Assembly (NCBI GenBank): GCA_038496445.1
Contig: JALMLS010000514.1
Span: 62,001-126,000 of the forward strand
Direction: 5' to 3'
Length of the DNA stretch: 64,000 nucleotides
DNA from: Trichosphaerium sp. ATCC 40318
Taxonomy: Eukaryota; Protista; Tubulinea
The position numbers were made by a program, and so were the translations under genes. The notes under the pieces are model-generated. The model did no database searches. It was not told where the DNA came from and saw nothing but the letters and a program-made list of their open reading frames with translations. This document shows, piece after piece, positions 26,274-39,084 of this stretch; within the stretch, counting starts at the first letter, position 1; each line of letters starts with the position of its first letter.

Positions 26274-29052
26274 ATGACAACGTATCGTGATAATTCAAGT
26301 ACTGGTAGGTTCTCAAGGGCCCAGGCTCGTAAGAGGTTGCTTTGGGACTACTTGCAGCTTCAGAAGAACCAAACGACGTATATTTCAGCAGAACCGTTCG
26401 AAGACGATATATTCAAGTAAGTTAGATAGTATAAACGCGAAATCAACGGTTATTTTGGCTGGTGATTAATTTGAAAGCGAGTGGTTTTCATTTGAAATTT
26501 TCTTTGCACGTTCTTTTTCTCGTGATTACGTGAATTTTTGTTCAAATCGTTAACGATTTATGATAGATGGCACGCTAATATCATGCCTGCTACTGGACCT
26601 TTTGCTGGTTTACCATTTCACATGGAGGTACGAGAGGAGAACACCGAAAAAAAACCCTTTTTTTTAATACATCAACTTGTATCAAGCGCTAAATTCCTTC
26701 CAGCTTCTTTTCTCTGACAGGTACCCTCATGAACCTCCAAAGGTGAAGCCATTCTTTCGTGTGCCAAACCACCCGAATCAATTCGGCGACTACATATGCC
26801 TGGACATGCTAAAAGTGCGTCAAGACTACACTCAAACTCTTTCTTTTTTTTGAATATTTTTAACTCATCATGTTCTATTCAGAAAATCGAATACTCTATC
26901 GATGATGGCATGCCTTACTCAGGTTGGAGTACAGCATACACAGTAGAAGGTATACTCATACAACTTCTGAGTTTCTTGTTCGCAGATACAGCGCCACAGG
27001 AGTTCGGACGTCCTGTTAAACTGTGGAAAAGTGGCGACGATGTTCGCTTGTAAGTAGTTTTTGTCGCAAAAGAAAAAAAAAGTTTTGAGTCTGACTTGCC
27101 CTTCTAGGTTCATACAAGAAACAAAAATGTTTGTATGTAGTCAATGTGGTCATAGTATAGACTCCCCTCACCCTGTCACACATTCCACGCACAGCTTGGA
27201 AAGATTGAATCAAATGACTCAGAAACTAAGACCAGAACATCCTGCAGAGGATGGTCTTTGTCATTTGACCGAACTTCCTCTTGAGCTAGTTATGGTATGT
27301 TTCGCGCCCCCATTGCACTAGAATAAGGTCATTTAAATGTCTATTAGGGCCTTTTGGATAGCTTGAGGTCCAAGGAGTTGAGGCAACTGAAGAAAACGAA
27401 CAAAGCTTTTAATAATCTTATCGCTGGAAACTTGATTATTGAACGTCGGGAACTCATTTGTTTTCATACGAAGTTATCGTACAAAGACGATACTCTTGGC
27501 GTCGGTCTTGTACTAAAACACTACCCAAGGTACGCATAATAACCTTCCATGGTGGTATACTTACTTTACTATCACAGAGGTGGGTTGGCTGGCATTGACA
27601 CTACTTTGGATCTCGTTTCTCGAACAGCTTTTTATGGCTTAGGTAAGTTGGTGTTTTAAGTCGTTCCGCAGCTATTTTTCCTCCTCGCGTTTTGATTTCT
27701 TATTGTTTCTTTAGATGTAAGGTTGTCTGTTTGGAAGACTGAGATGGATTTATTCCTTCCTTTAATCATATGCCCAAAACATGCCGAAACTGATTTCGCA
27801 AAAAAGGAGTTTAGAAAAATTGTTAAAGAAGTTGCTTCCAATTTCAATCCTCGCTCGAATGTCGATGCTAACTTTTATAAATGTATCATAATGGTAAGTG
27901 TATATATTTATATAACGTTTAAGTATTAAACTTTGAATTTGAAGGTACTAGCGAAGCTCATGAATACGATGATTGTTAGTTTAATGCAAGACAAAAAATA
28001 TGACAGAAACGGCGTTTCTCGTCAACTCTCGGAAAGAGCATTGGAAGGTTACTGCCAGTTCCACCACATGTTGCTATACTATGCTAAGGTACGTATACCT
28101 TTGTTCTCAGTGTTTGAAACTTCACACAGCCCACACAAAGCCCTAAAACAAATTTTATTTAGAAATATCCTCAACTGATTAAGGTTGTTAACGAATCCGT
28201 GAACAGCTTTTTTAGAGACCCTAAAAATCGTACAAAGAAGGAAGTGCCTAATATTGGAGAGTTTCTTGTTTACCTCACTTTGTCTAACCTAAAGTGGAAG
28301 GACATGAACTTTAAAATATTGCTTGAGATATTCGATAGAAACGTCAAGTAAGTGTTTAGTTTGTTTTCCATGCCAAGCTTTTCTTGGTCCTCGTTTTTAA
28401 ACATATTTGCTATTCAACGTTTAAACTTTTTGCGTACTATGTGTTTAATGTAACTGCATGGCCTTTGGACGCAGTCAGGCTTGTTAAGTTGTTTGACATG
28501 CTCATTGTCTTTTTTTTTTTTAGATGGATTATTGCTGATCACCCTGATTATGCAAGACCTACTAGATCAATACCAGATATGCAAAGATTAGGTATGGTAT
28601 TCAGACAGACAACTGTATCAATGAGGGTGCGTACAACTTTGAGGAAAACAAATTTTTTGCTCTTTACTGATTAGTTTATTTTATTAGCTTTTGATGTTCC
28701 AAGTTCACTTCCTTGAGAACTATGGACGCCCTGAAAACAAGACGTTGGATCAACTCCTTGATGATTACAATAACAGATGTGGTATGCCTTCTTCTAATAT
28801 GAAAGAGTCTCTTTGGAAGGCATGTAAGGAAATAATGGGCGTAAAGAGCTGGCCTGAGTATTTCAAAAAAATCAAAGTGCCTCAGTAAGTCGAAAAAAAG
28901 GTGTTTTGAGTTTGCTCTTCGCTAACAGGTGTAGGCCATCACCAGAAAAGCTAACACAGACATTGAATGACTCAATAAGATACTCGGCGGAGAAAGGTTA
29001 TCACGGAAGAACCACGACAAGGTACAGAAGAGCAAAGCGTTTTTTAGAATAA
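26274..29052 (+). CDS. Ubiquitin-conjugating (E2/UBC) domain fused to Cys/His knuckle, F-box-like motif and large C-terminal domain
   Basis: RKRLLWDY..DDIFKWHANI..GPFAG..YPHEPPKV..HPN..ICLDML (catalytic Cys)..GWSTAYTVEGILIQL; CSQCGH..HP; LTELPLELVMGLLDSL; TAA 29050-29052. Confidence 0.85.
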
Positions 29053-29651
29053 ATCAAGCCAAAAGCTAATGTTTTTCTTTTAGATCAAGAAATGATCGCT
29101 ATGCGAATAATAACAGACGCGGTTATAATAACAGGCGTGGTAACAATAATGGAGGTTACTATAGACGAGACTATCGCTGAGATATACATACACAAAAAGG
29201 TGTTCTTTCCTAATAAAGAAAAACTCCGCTGTAGCTTCGTGATCTTTTGTTGTGTTACATAATTTTTTGGTTCTTTGCTTGTAGTATACACTGAATAAAA
29301 TAGTTAAACTAGAGAACAATCTCTTTTATATGACATCATACAACAGAAACTACATGTCACGTTAAACACATTTCTTATATAAATCTCGTAGAGTGCACAA
29401 ACGTTTTTTGTTGTTTTAATCACGCCCACGTGATGTTGTTCCATAAATACACATTGTGGAAGGTAGGGTTTTTTTTTTTATTGTACAAGTGTTCTGTGGT
29501 ATCTTATTGTTTATATTATGTTGCCAGTTAGCGCTTCTTTGTTGTTAAATTACATGGTGTGGTTTTTTCAGGTCACTGAACTTGAGTGATGGCAAGCCTT
29601 GTGAAAAGGAGGAAAAAAAAAAGTTCAGCATAAAGAATGTTATTCGCGGGT

Positions 29652-30898
29652 TCACCAACTGAATCCGAAGCCATGAATAGAAAGAAGGTTTGTTATCATT
29701 ATATCTTTCGTAGCCTTGAATATCCAATTCTCTTTTCCCTTGTCGAAAAAACAAACATACACCTAAAGAAACCAAAATAAGTCATTGTACAACATCCTAA
29801 TGCTAAACCTGACACCGAACTCAGGTTGTTTAAAAAGCGTACATCGTCACCATAGAATAACCGCTTTATATACTTTCTTACATCGCCTAGGTATCGTGTA
29901 AGTTAAATGTAAGGAAGGGGAGAGTGTGGGAGGAGCCTTGAGGTACCTGTAGCGGACGGAAAAATTGTATTGAAAGGAGTTGTTGACAACATTGCATCGA
30001 AGTTACCTGTGTATAGAATGACCATAATAGGTCCAGATAATGCTGCCCTTATTGCTTTGAATTCATGTACTGAACGGTTAAGCTTAGATCTGTACTTGGC
30101 GTCCGGTTTAGCGTAATCCGCCAAGGTGACACAAAATACAATTGTACTTTGCATTCTCTTCAGTAGTTTAAAATTGAACCTTGGAAGTGTTGTAAAACTA
30201 CAAAGGGTTACACGTTAGTAAAATTATGGGAGAAGAAAAAAAAAAGATGTCACGTGCTGTATAATAAACTGATCTCCATCTTTTATACTTATCTCGCTCG
30301 CAGCGTTTTTTATGAACAAGCGGTGAGCTGGTACATAGTTCAAGTCTGATTTTGTTGGTATGAAGCCTTGACTTGTAATACGATCAAAATGCTTTAAAAA
30401 ACTATAATACGAACGGGTAAGTACGTGAGAGAATTACCGCAAGAGGAGGAAATAAATACACAACAAAAATATCACGTGATATATTTTTTTCAACCAATAA
30501 AACAGAAAAGAAATTCTCTTCTCTCGACTTACTATTGAAACTTTTCTGAAGTTTGCCATAAAGATACTCCTCCAGATTTTCTAGATAGTCTGATTATTGG
30601 CTTTGTACATTGTAGGAGTGTTCTCCTAACGCTTGTTTTGGGATTTAACGCGCGTTGAATAATGTCCTAGTGAATCAAGGAGTTAGTCTTTCCATTAAAC
30701 CGGAGTATCTATTTTCGCCAAATTGTTGTAGTACCATCTTAACATCTAATACATTCGCTGTAATGTACTTCTGTGTTATTTTTTGTAACATATTTAAGAA
30801 GTAAGCATAGAATTGTGGTTTGAATGATTTAAGATTCGCTCTGTGAGCGACTAACATACGAAGCACTAGCAAAGACAAAATTAGTAAGAGCAACAATC

Positions 30899-30932
<34 letters not shown>

Positions 30933-31894
30933 AGAAGAAAGAACGTCACGTGATGACTACCGTACTGAATGAGTATTTACTTTTACTCCCTATACATACT
31001 ATAGTATCCACTCTCCATTGTAAACCTTGTAAATTCTCCTTTAATGTCTGGTTTATTGCACGGGATCGTTTTTGCTGTTTTTTACTTCTTTTTTTTATCC
31101 TTGCTTTGTGTTTTGTTTTGAAAAGAGATACACGGTTTGAAGTCACATCTTTATAGAAGTAAGTATTTCGTATTAATTAATTAATTGCTTACGCCATGGG
31201 TTCTGTTTAGACATATAGTATTTCTCAAATAGTCGCCTTGTAGTGAGAGAATTCTTGTTTTGAATAAAAGTTAACTTGATTTTCGCAACAAGAGAAAACC
31301 AAAAAAAAAAAATTTGTTGTTGTACTTTATGTCTTTCCATCACGTGATTAAAATTATCTGTACAAACATCATAGTATGTTTTATTCGTATAAGCCACAGA
31401 TAAAATAGTGTCATTGTCTAAAAACTGCATAATGAGGTCTAAAAGCTCTAAGGGAAGCTCTAGATGAAAAAGACATTTAGTACAAGAATTAAATAAAAAA
31501 AAAATTAAGGCACAAATACGCATACCTGCGAAGAAACACTTCTCACTTGCGTTTCTAGTCTTCATATACGTTATTTTTGGTCTTGTCGTTTTTATTGGTT
31601 GTAAACACGTGTTCCCAAGTGGTTCGTGGTGTGTAAGAACGTATTGACATATCCTTAGCCAAGGGTTACATTCCTTTCCTCAAAAATGCATTTCGAGAAG
31701 AAAAAAAAACGATGCCTACCTTTTGCACGCCATCTCACTCGAATCAAGAAGAGTGTAATGCTTAATGGTTCTTGTTATTGTGAGCTCTCTTTTCAAACGC
31801 TCTAGAGTCTAAAAAGAAAGGTGAGAAAACTAGTAATTAAACAAAAAGTAATTTCTACAATTACCTTTCTCAAAACCTTCTCTTCGCTTTCCAT
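29652..31894 (-). CDS. F-box fused to degenerate heterotrimeric G-protein alpha domain (start uncertain)
   Basis: FAELPLELLDLIMQFLD F-box, then colinear G-alpha landmarks: RSRAINQTLKE..TIVCIG, FDRITSQGFIPTKSD, IVFCVTLADY..KLNRSVHEF, TPFNTIFP, WIFKATKDIMITNLLSIHGF. Confidence 0.75.
30899..30930. repeat. Poly(A) homopolymer of about 30 nt (intronic poly-T on the sense strand)
   Basis: Seen directly in the sequence. Confidence 0.9.
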
Positions 31895-33031
31895 ATCACG
31901 TGCGTATGAGTAAAAAAATAAATAAGTGTTTTGGAATTATATACTCGTATTTAAATTCCCCGCCACGTGTATTGTAACGCTTGTACAAAGAGACGGCGTC
32001 TTTTGAAATATTTTTCTTCAACAGATACTAATTTGTTGTGAACCACATGTTTTAGCGGCTTATTTAGTTTTTTGTTTTTTTCACACTTAGCGACTTCAAG
32101 TACGTCACAAACTAAACAATGTTTTGAAGCCAAATTATAAGCTATAACATATCTTTAGGCAACACGAAGAGTTGACCTTTTTCATTCACTTTTTTTCAAA
32201 ATTTTCGGAAAACGCCCGAAAGTGCTGGTGTTACTTTCAGTCTCATACGCGCCCTTTTAACTGCTGTCTTTTGTAGCTTAATTAACATCGGAATAATGTA
32301 ATTACATTTCGATTCTGCGGTGTTGCAGTTCGCACCAAACGGAAATGTCAGGCTAATTTTTTCTCCACGTGCTTTGGAATATTCGTACCACTTACGACGT
32401 ATTGTACTTACAATAAAAACGCAAACGCTGTTTTTGTGTTGGTAAATAGCTAATCAGCCACCGAACAGTTGGTTTGATTATATCAAGAGGTGTTATGGAA
32501 CAAATAGTAAGACAAACCAAGTGTAACAACAAAACGCTTTATCTTCATTTTGAAGCTCACTTTATGGGCAAAGGCATATGTGGTGTCGCATATTATAAAC
32601 CACTACGTCAAAAGCGTATTAACACTCACCGTCGAAGTGCGGTAGCCCCTTTTTAAGTTGTTTGCATAAACCCTAACTTCAAACCTGTTAAAACAACTTG
32701 TTTTTTAAAAGTTGAGCAGGGCTCTTCCAACGGTAGATCAGTACACAATCATCCGCGTACTCTCTGAATGGTTAAATCTGTAGAACAACTGCACAGATGA
32801 CGTAATCACGTGTTGTAAAAATAACTCGATACTAAACTAGCGGTACATTGCACATCTTATTTGGGATACTAAGGTAACACTGTGCAGGTTGATTCTGGAC
32901 GGTATTTTGTGTTTACTCTTCGCTTTATCGGGCACCAAGTAAAGCTTGCGAAAAGGATTATTATAACATTCAGTAAACACATGTATTTCAGCTGAATATA
33001 ACCGAAATAAAACACAAAAACCCAAACCACA

Positions 33032-33845
33032 ATGCGTTTACTACTTGTCCTTGCTCTTTCTTTAGTCGCTTTTGTACGTCCTTTTAACGATCCCTCTTGT
33101 TGTCACTGACAATACCGCGGTAGGTAGCTTCAAAACCTTGCTGTACATACAACCCTGTTACCGACACATGTAGCGATAACACGTGCTCAACTCTTGGAGG
33201 TGCTTTTCCAACTGTTTGTAAACTCATGAAAAAAGACTTGGGAGGTACGTCTTTTGTAAAACGTGCCTATAGGCAGGTTTTTCTCAACTATTTACAGGTG
33301 GTGTCTTCGAAAAACGATGTGCTTGTGTCGTTACAAACCAAGCTCTTGTGTTCCAAACATGTGCACCAAATTCTGCTGCTGCTGGATGTAACGATATCTC
33401 ATGCCAAGCACGCATGCAAGCTGCTGGATATTTTGATGGTCAATGTTGGTTAACTTCTGAAGGGTGCCAATGTATCATCTGTGATGATAAGCCTTGCTGT
33501 GAAATTCAACCGACAGGAGCATGCGTTGATAACTCTTGCAGACGTAGAGGACGCGTAGCAGGTGTACCTACACGTTGTATGAGGATAAATAGAGGCACTG
33601 TAACAGGTACGTACTCCGTCGAAGAAAACCTCATGTCTCACTTGAAAATAGCACCAAGACCAGACTGTATCTGCGTCCCTCGTAACCAGGCTTTAAGAGA
33701 ATCCACTTGTGCTATTCCTGCAATCTTGCCGTGTGCGGATCTTAACTGCTTGGCGAGATTGAATGCTATTGGATTTCCTGATCCTGAAGGTTGTACAAGA
33801 AACAATAGCCTAAATCCAAAGTGTTTGTGTTCTGTGTGCGACTAG
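33032..33845 (+). CDS. Secreted Cys-rich protein with two tandem 14-Cys repeats
   Basis: Signal MRLLLVLALSLVAF; 3 introns; two repeats of about 100 aa each running KPCC...CxC..CD. Confidence 0.85.
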
Positions 33846-33919
33846 ATTACACTCTTATCTTGTTAATAAAAACCACAATAAACATCTATATTGATTCTAG
33901 TGTAGCTATGTTAAAGCCA

Positions 33920-34960
33920 CTAAAGACAGAGCGTCTTTCCTCCAGAGCGTTCCTTGAGTACTTCAGCCGAATCTAAAAATAACTTTTTTTGGGTTGATAC
34001 CTAACGTCACGTGACTGCCAGTAAAAAAACCGTTTAAGCATTTCTTTTTTTCAACTTATGAAGAACGATTGCATGTGCTTTATTTTGCAACTTTCCACTT
34101 CTCTTGTGGTTTTTTTCAACCTGGCTCAGAGAAAACCATATCATGGTGTTCAATTAGTACACGTGTTAAATCAGTTAGGCTTTTTAACTCGTGCATCATC
34201 TTCATTGGTGTGTCATCGTAGCATGGAAAGAGAATTGGTGTGAAGATTATAGCTGAATATCCTAAATTTCCCATTGCACTACATTAAGTTAGTCACCTAT
34301 TTGTTATTGTTTGCCCACGTTTTCATTTCCATCAAGTATTTAGTCAAGCACTCGAGCACTCTGAAATTAACATTGGGTAAAGTGTGTATTGTTGCTTTTA
34401 GTTCCACAAGTGTATCAGCAACATCAGTAAAACGGCTGATCAAAACAAATTTATCATACAGCTCAAAGGTTGTAATCGATTCCTGTACGTTTTTAATATT
34501 ACCAACAAAGTGGCGTGCGTACAGGCAATGTTCTCAAGTATAATTTAAGCAATGAGGCTACGGTGTGAATGTTTTTGTCATTGATTTCCAAGTTCTTTAG
34601 CGGTTCCTTTTCGCCTAACACGTGATAGCGTGAAATCATTGTTTTTGCATTGAAAGCATACCATTGTCATATCTTTGTATAAGCTGTTTTAAATTGTCAT
34701 GGTTTCCTGCAATGCGAAAAAGACCTAATGGATAAGAACCCATATTCACATTAGCGATATTTTAAAGGCACTACCACTTACCATACGCCCTGAGGAACTC
34801 AATACACTGGCAAACGTTAGATATTTGGCTATTTAAAATAGCACCAACTCTGTATGCTGTGTGCATGTGGATATGGGGTTACTCCAAATAATCGTGTGTC
34901 TCTTGCTTCCTGTGTGTTCATCACCAGTTTTTTCAAGTCAAAAAAAGAGTACGACTGTAG
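33920..34960 (-). CDS. RhoGAP domain protein (5' end unresolved, possibly degraded)
   Basis: CIEFLRAY|GLFRIAG (Arg finger), IHTVASLLKLYLRTLPES, LPNVNFRVLECL, LIEHHDMVF. Upstream exons do not join cleanly. Confidence 0.75.
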
Positions 34961-35313
34961 GATTATTGTAGTTTTATTTGAATGTAGTATTGGACCGCGT
35001 GTCTTAAATCTTACCTTCTATAGCCAATTACCTTAAATGGTGATTGTAAATAGTGGCAGTCTCATGGCCCTCAAATTATAGCTTTCAATAAATGTGGTAA
35101 TAACTACTGCAGCCAAGCAATAACCTTGTCTGTCAAAGACAGTCGTTTTAACCAATAGAATAAACGCCAACGCTTTAACAAATACCTTCATCCGTCACAG
35201 CTGGCAGCTCTAGCTTAGCATGCATAATGATATAACATATTGGCTTGTAACATGTTACAAACGAAAGGTTATGCTTAGAAATTAATCTTTGTGCTTTATT
35301 TTTCTTTTTGGTT

Positions 35314-38300
35314 TTACACCATTTCCCTTGTCTTTCTATCATCACGTCCTCTGCACTTAAGTATTATCCAACCTGTCACCGCACAAACAACTATCAACAA
35401 GCCATATGCCAGCATGACATAAGAGTATATGAGTGAGGTGTTGATAAAGTCTTTTTGAAGGTCAACAAGTTTATCAACATAATGCTCTAGAAAACATGTA
35501 AGTAAAATACAAGAAACAAAAAATTTGTTTTTAGCGATAACGCACGTGTTCTATTTACGAAATTATCTACTACAGTTTCAGATACTGTAGGAATAGCTGG
35601 GAGAGAGAATGTATCAGGTAATACAGTATCAGGAATCTTAGCAATGAGAGGGCCAATACCACTAACGAGAAAAAAGTAAGAATAAAAACATTTTTTGTTG
35701 TAATCTAGTACCGCATTACTGTAATGACATCGTCAAGGTATATGAGACAAGAAATGAGAGCTGATAGTATATCCGCTACAACAGATGTGATGAATTTACT
35801 AACCTCATCTGTCAAATCACTTAACAAAAAGTATTAGGATTGTGTTTGCTACTGAAATACTTTTGAGAAATACCTTCGTGTATTCTCTATTTTATCGGCA
35901 AGATTATTAAGAGCTACTCCCGGAGTTTGTAGTGCATTTCTCATATCAGTTTTAGTTTCTTCTAGAGCCTAAATAGTATGTTAGCTTAAAAAGCAAGTAA
36001 TGTTTGGAGAAATACAAAAAAAAAGTTCAAGCTAACGATTTTACACACGTGATAGAAACTGTTCAAGCAACAAAAGCACACTGCTAGCTGTTAAATTACT
36101 TACGGTAGTGAAGTTCTTTGCAAAATATTATTTGTGTCATTGATAAGAGCATTTGTCTCAGCCAAAATTTCATTTCCAAAGTTTCTGACATCAGTTTCAA
36201 CCCAAGTATTTAGTTCAGCTGCAGCTAGATTTACACCGACAAGGTAAAGATGGAATGCAATGATAGTCAAGATAGCAATCAAAGTGATGACAATAGCTGG
36301 TTTCCAAATCATAAACTCACAGCACCAATACGTTGGTTCTTCTTCTGGTGTTCGGCTAAAAAAAACAGAACTTAGTTCCGAATACAAAAACTCGTCACGT
36401 GATACTTACTTTGGTTTTCTGTTTATCTTGAGGATAGACTCACGTTTTGAGAACCATATTATTATCATACGAGATTGATAAAGGAAATACCAAGTCACCA
36501 GTATGGCGATTAGAATAAATCCGACTATACCATAAGATAAATACTTGACAATGTTCACAGCGTTATCATATGGTTCCCAGTTGATTCTATCGCAGAATAC
36601 AATAGGTGCATATTCAGGTACTGGAAGCGTTACAAAGGTGGTGTTCTGAACATCAGCTCTAAAAATCAATAAGACAGAGAACCACTCAACTCTTGCTCGT
36701 CAAAACGTACATGATTTCTTCAACTTCAGTGGTAAGAAGATCGCTCAGTAATCCTTTTACAAAGCTAGACAATGCTTCCTCAATAGAGTCTGAAGAAGGT
36801 AATACAAGACCCTAAGGTACATTACTTAAGAGCCAAAGAGTAGAACAAAGACATACGGATCCTTCAACTGTTGGTGCAAAAGTAGTTGCTTCGCTGGAAT
36901 TGAAGCCACCGTTGGAAAGAGAAGTAGCGTTGGTAGTGACGTTTGTAAGCATGTTAACGTCTGTGGAGATGTTATCAAGTGCTGAAGTGGCGTTTCTAAG
37001 TATAGCTTCCTTCTCAGCATCAGTGAGTTGCTCTAAAGCTCGCTTAAACCCGAAAGTATTTTTTATAGTATTCGCTGCTCCTTCAACTTCATTTAGGGCA
37101 GTACTCAAAGCATCCGTTCTAGGTTAACTTGTAAGCGTTTTATAGTAATAAACTATACTCACAGTGGTCCGAATAAGTTTGCTACAGAGTCATAAGCGCA
37201 TAATAGAACTCTCAGTTTTCCAGAAATGACAAAGATTGCAACCTATAAAAGTTCAGTAAAGCAAAGTTAAAATAAACAATTCACGTACATCCACCGCGAC
37301 ATACACACTTTCCAGCGCCAGGTTCAGACTCGATGAAAGCCCTTGCTGAAGTGCATCATTTACAAACGTATTTGAAGTCTCTGCTAATGTCACGTGGACA
37401 TTAGCAACCTCTGTAACGACATCTTGTAGGTCAATGCATTGGTTCGTTATGAAATCTTTAATAATTTCTGAAGATCCAGTAAAGTTTTGTAGAAACAAGA
37501 GGCTCGTTACTCTAAGAGGAATAGCCACGTGAGTAAAATATATAAATATTCAAATCGTCCGTACAATGTTCCTATGAGTACAGCTATATATAGATGCCAG
37601 AACATCCTGCAAGCGTTTGTTTTTCTTCCGAGAAATTTCGGGTTGTACGTTGAACCAAAAGATTTATCAACGTAAATATAATCCTTTTCTTTCTCCGTAG
37701 TCTGTACAGTTCTCGCATAAACTCTTTCATCGTCAGAATGTTCTTCGTAAGCTGTATGAGTAGGAACTCTTGGTACTGGCTGGTAAAAATACACGTGAGC
37801 GCCGCGTGACGGACAGAAAGTTGTATTTTAAAATTCACACCTTCGGCTTTTTTTTAGGCTTCACGCGTTCCAGAGGTATGTCCGCTCCATCGTATGATCG
37901 TGTTTCAGCGTGAGACTATCATTAAAAGAATTAGTGGGCTGTTCACAAACCCACAAGATATGTAAAAAAACTAACCGTCACAACGCCTTTTGTTGAAGTT
38001 TTCTTCTTCCCTATGCCAAGCATTTTACCTATCGCGCTCTTTTTCTGTGATTTAACACCCTTTCTCTCGATAAGTGGTGAAGTAGCTACGTCGGCTGAAT
38101 AACCAGGTATCTCTGGTAGAGACGCGTTGACATCTTGAGAGAGTCCACTAGAAAGCTTGTAAACACCCAAAGAGTAATTTATCCTTTCGGTTTTTTGTAA
38201 AACACGTGAATCATTTCTTTACCTCTTTCGTAACCCCTCCTCTTCAGAATCTGAAGATGATTTACTCTCATCGCTTGAACTATCTGTATCTTCACTTTTC

Positions 38301-38696
38301 TTATCTCCGCCATCATCAAGAGGCGTTTTAGGTAATCTAGAAACGACAAATAAGAGTTAAATCACTTGTGTTTTACTTTGAGCCGAAAAAACCAAAAAAA
38401 ATCTTGAGAAAATCTTACTCTCTTGGCTGCGCCGCTTGCTCCTTTTCATCTCGTTTAGGTAATAACTTGCTTAGTCCTAAATAACCACAATTAAATTAAC
38501 CTATTTTGATAAATACCGTTGCGTACGCATCTGGTCTACTGGGTTCTCTGTATGAGACACTGTTTCTCTATTCTACAAAAACAAATTAAGAACAAAAAAC
38601 GTGCAAATACCGTTTAAGGCTGCTTGTTACCTGGTACTCTGCATTTCCTTCAGTTGTCCAGCTTTCGCTCTCATTTTGCTCGTTGGGTTCTGTCAT
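35314..38696 (-). CDS. PRM1: Prm1-like multi-pass membrane protein (fungal plasma-membrane fusion protein family)
   Basis: Spliced product has FLGRKTNACRMFWHLYIAVLIGTL, C-x21-N-x30-FVI-x8-C, LPVPEYAPIVFCD, TM helices and ISCLI, with a C-terminal TM. Colinear with the recalled fungal Prm1 consensus. Acidic low-complexity N-terminus. Confidence 0.72.
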
Positions 38697-39084
38697 ATGT
38701 GGTTACCTCTACGTGCTATTTTTGTTTTATGTTGAATTCATAAGTGGAGATTAAGTCAGACTGTTTTTAGCTGCCAATTTTGTGAAACACGTAATCCCAC
38801 GTGATGTAATACCTCCGTGAAGTTAGTGTAGTGTAGTGTAGACTATATAAAAAGTGAGTCATCTACGTAGTTAATACAATCACCAAGGATAGTAAGCAAT
38901 TTAATTCTTCTTTGTGTTGCTTTTCAGCAAATCTTTCGAGGGGGTATGTCGACAATTATATTGTCGTCATGTAACGAAACTTGCTCGCTCGGCAATACCC
39001 TTGTAGCGTTATTTTTTGGAGTAAACAAAAACGAAACGAGTTGTGTATGTTGAAGGCAAAGGGAAGTTATTATTTTTTTGTGTT

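Noticed and set aside
30899-30930. Poly(A) tract as a retroelement tail
   Set aside because: No target-site duplication or element body; A/T homopolymers are common in introns here.
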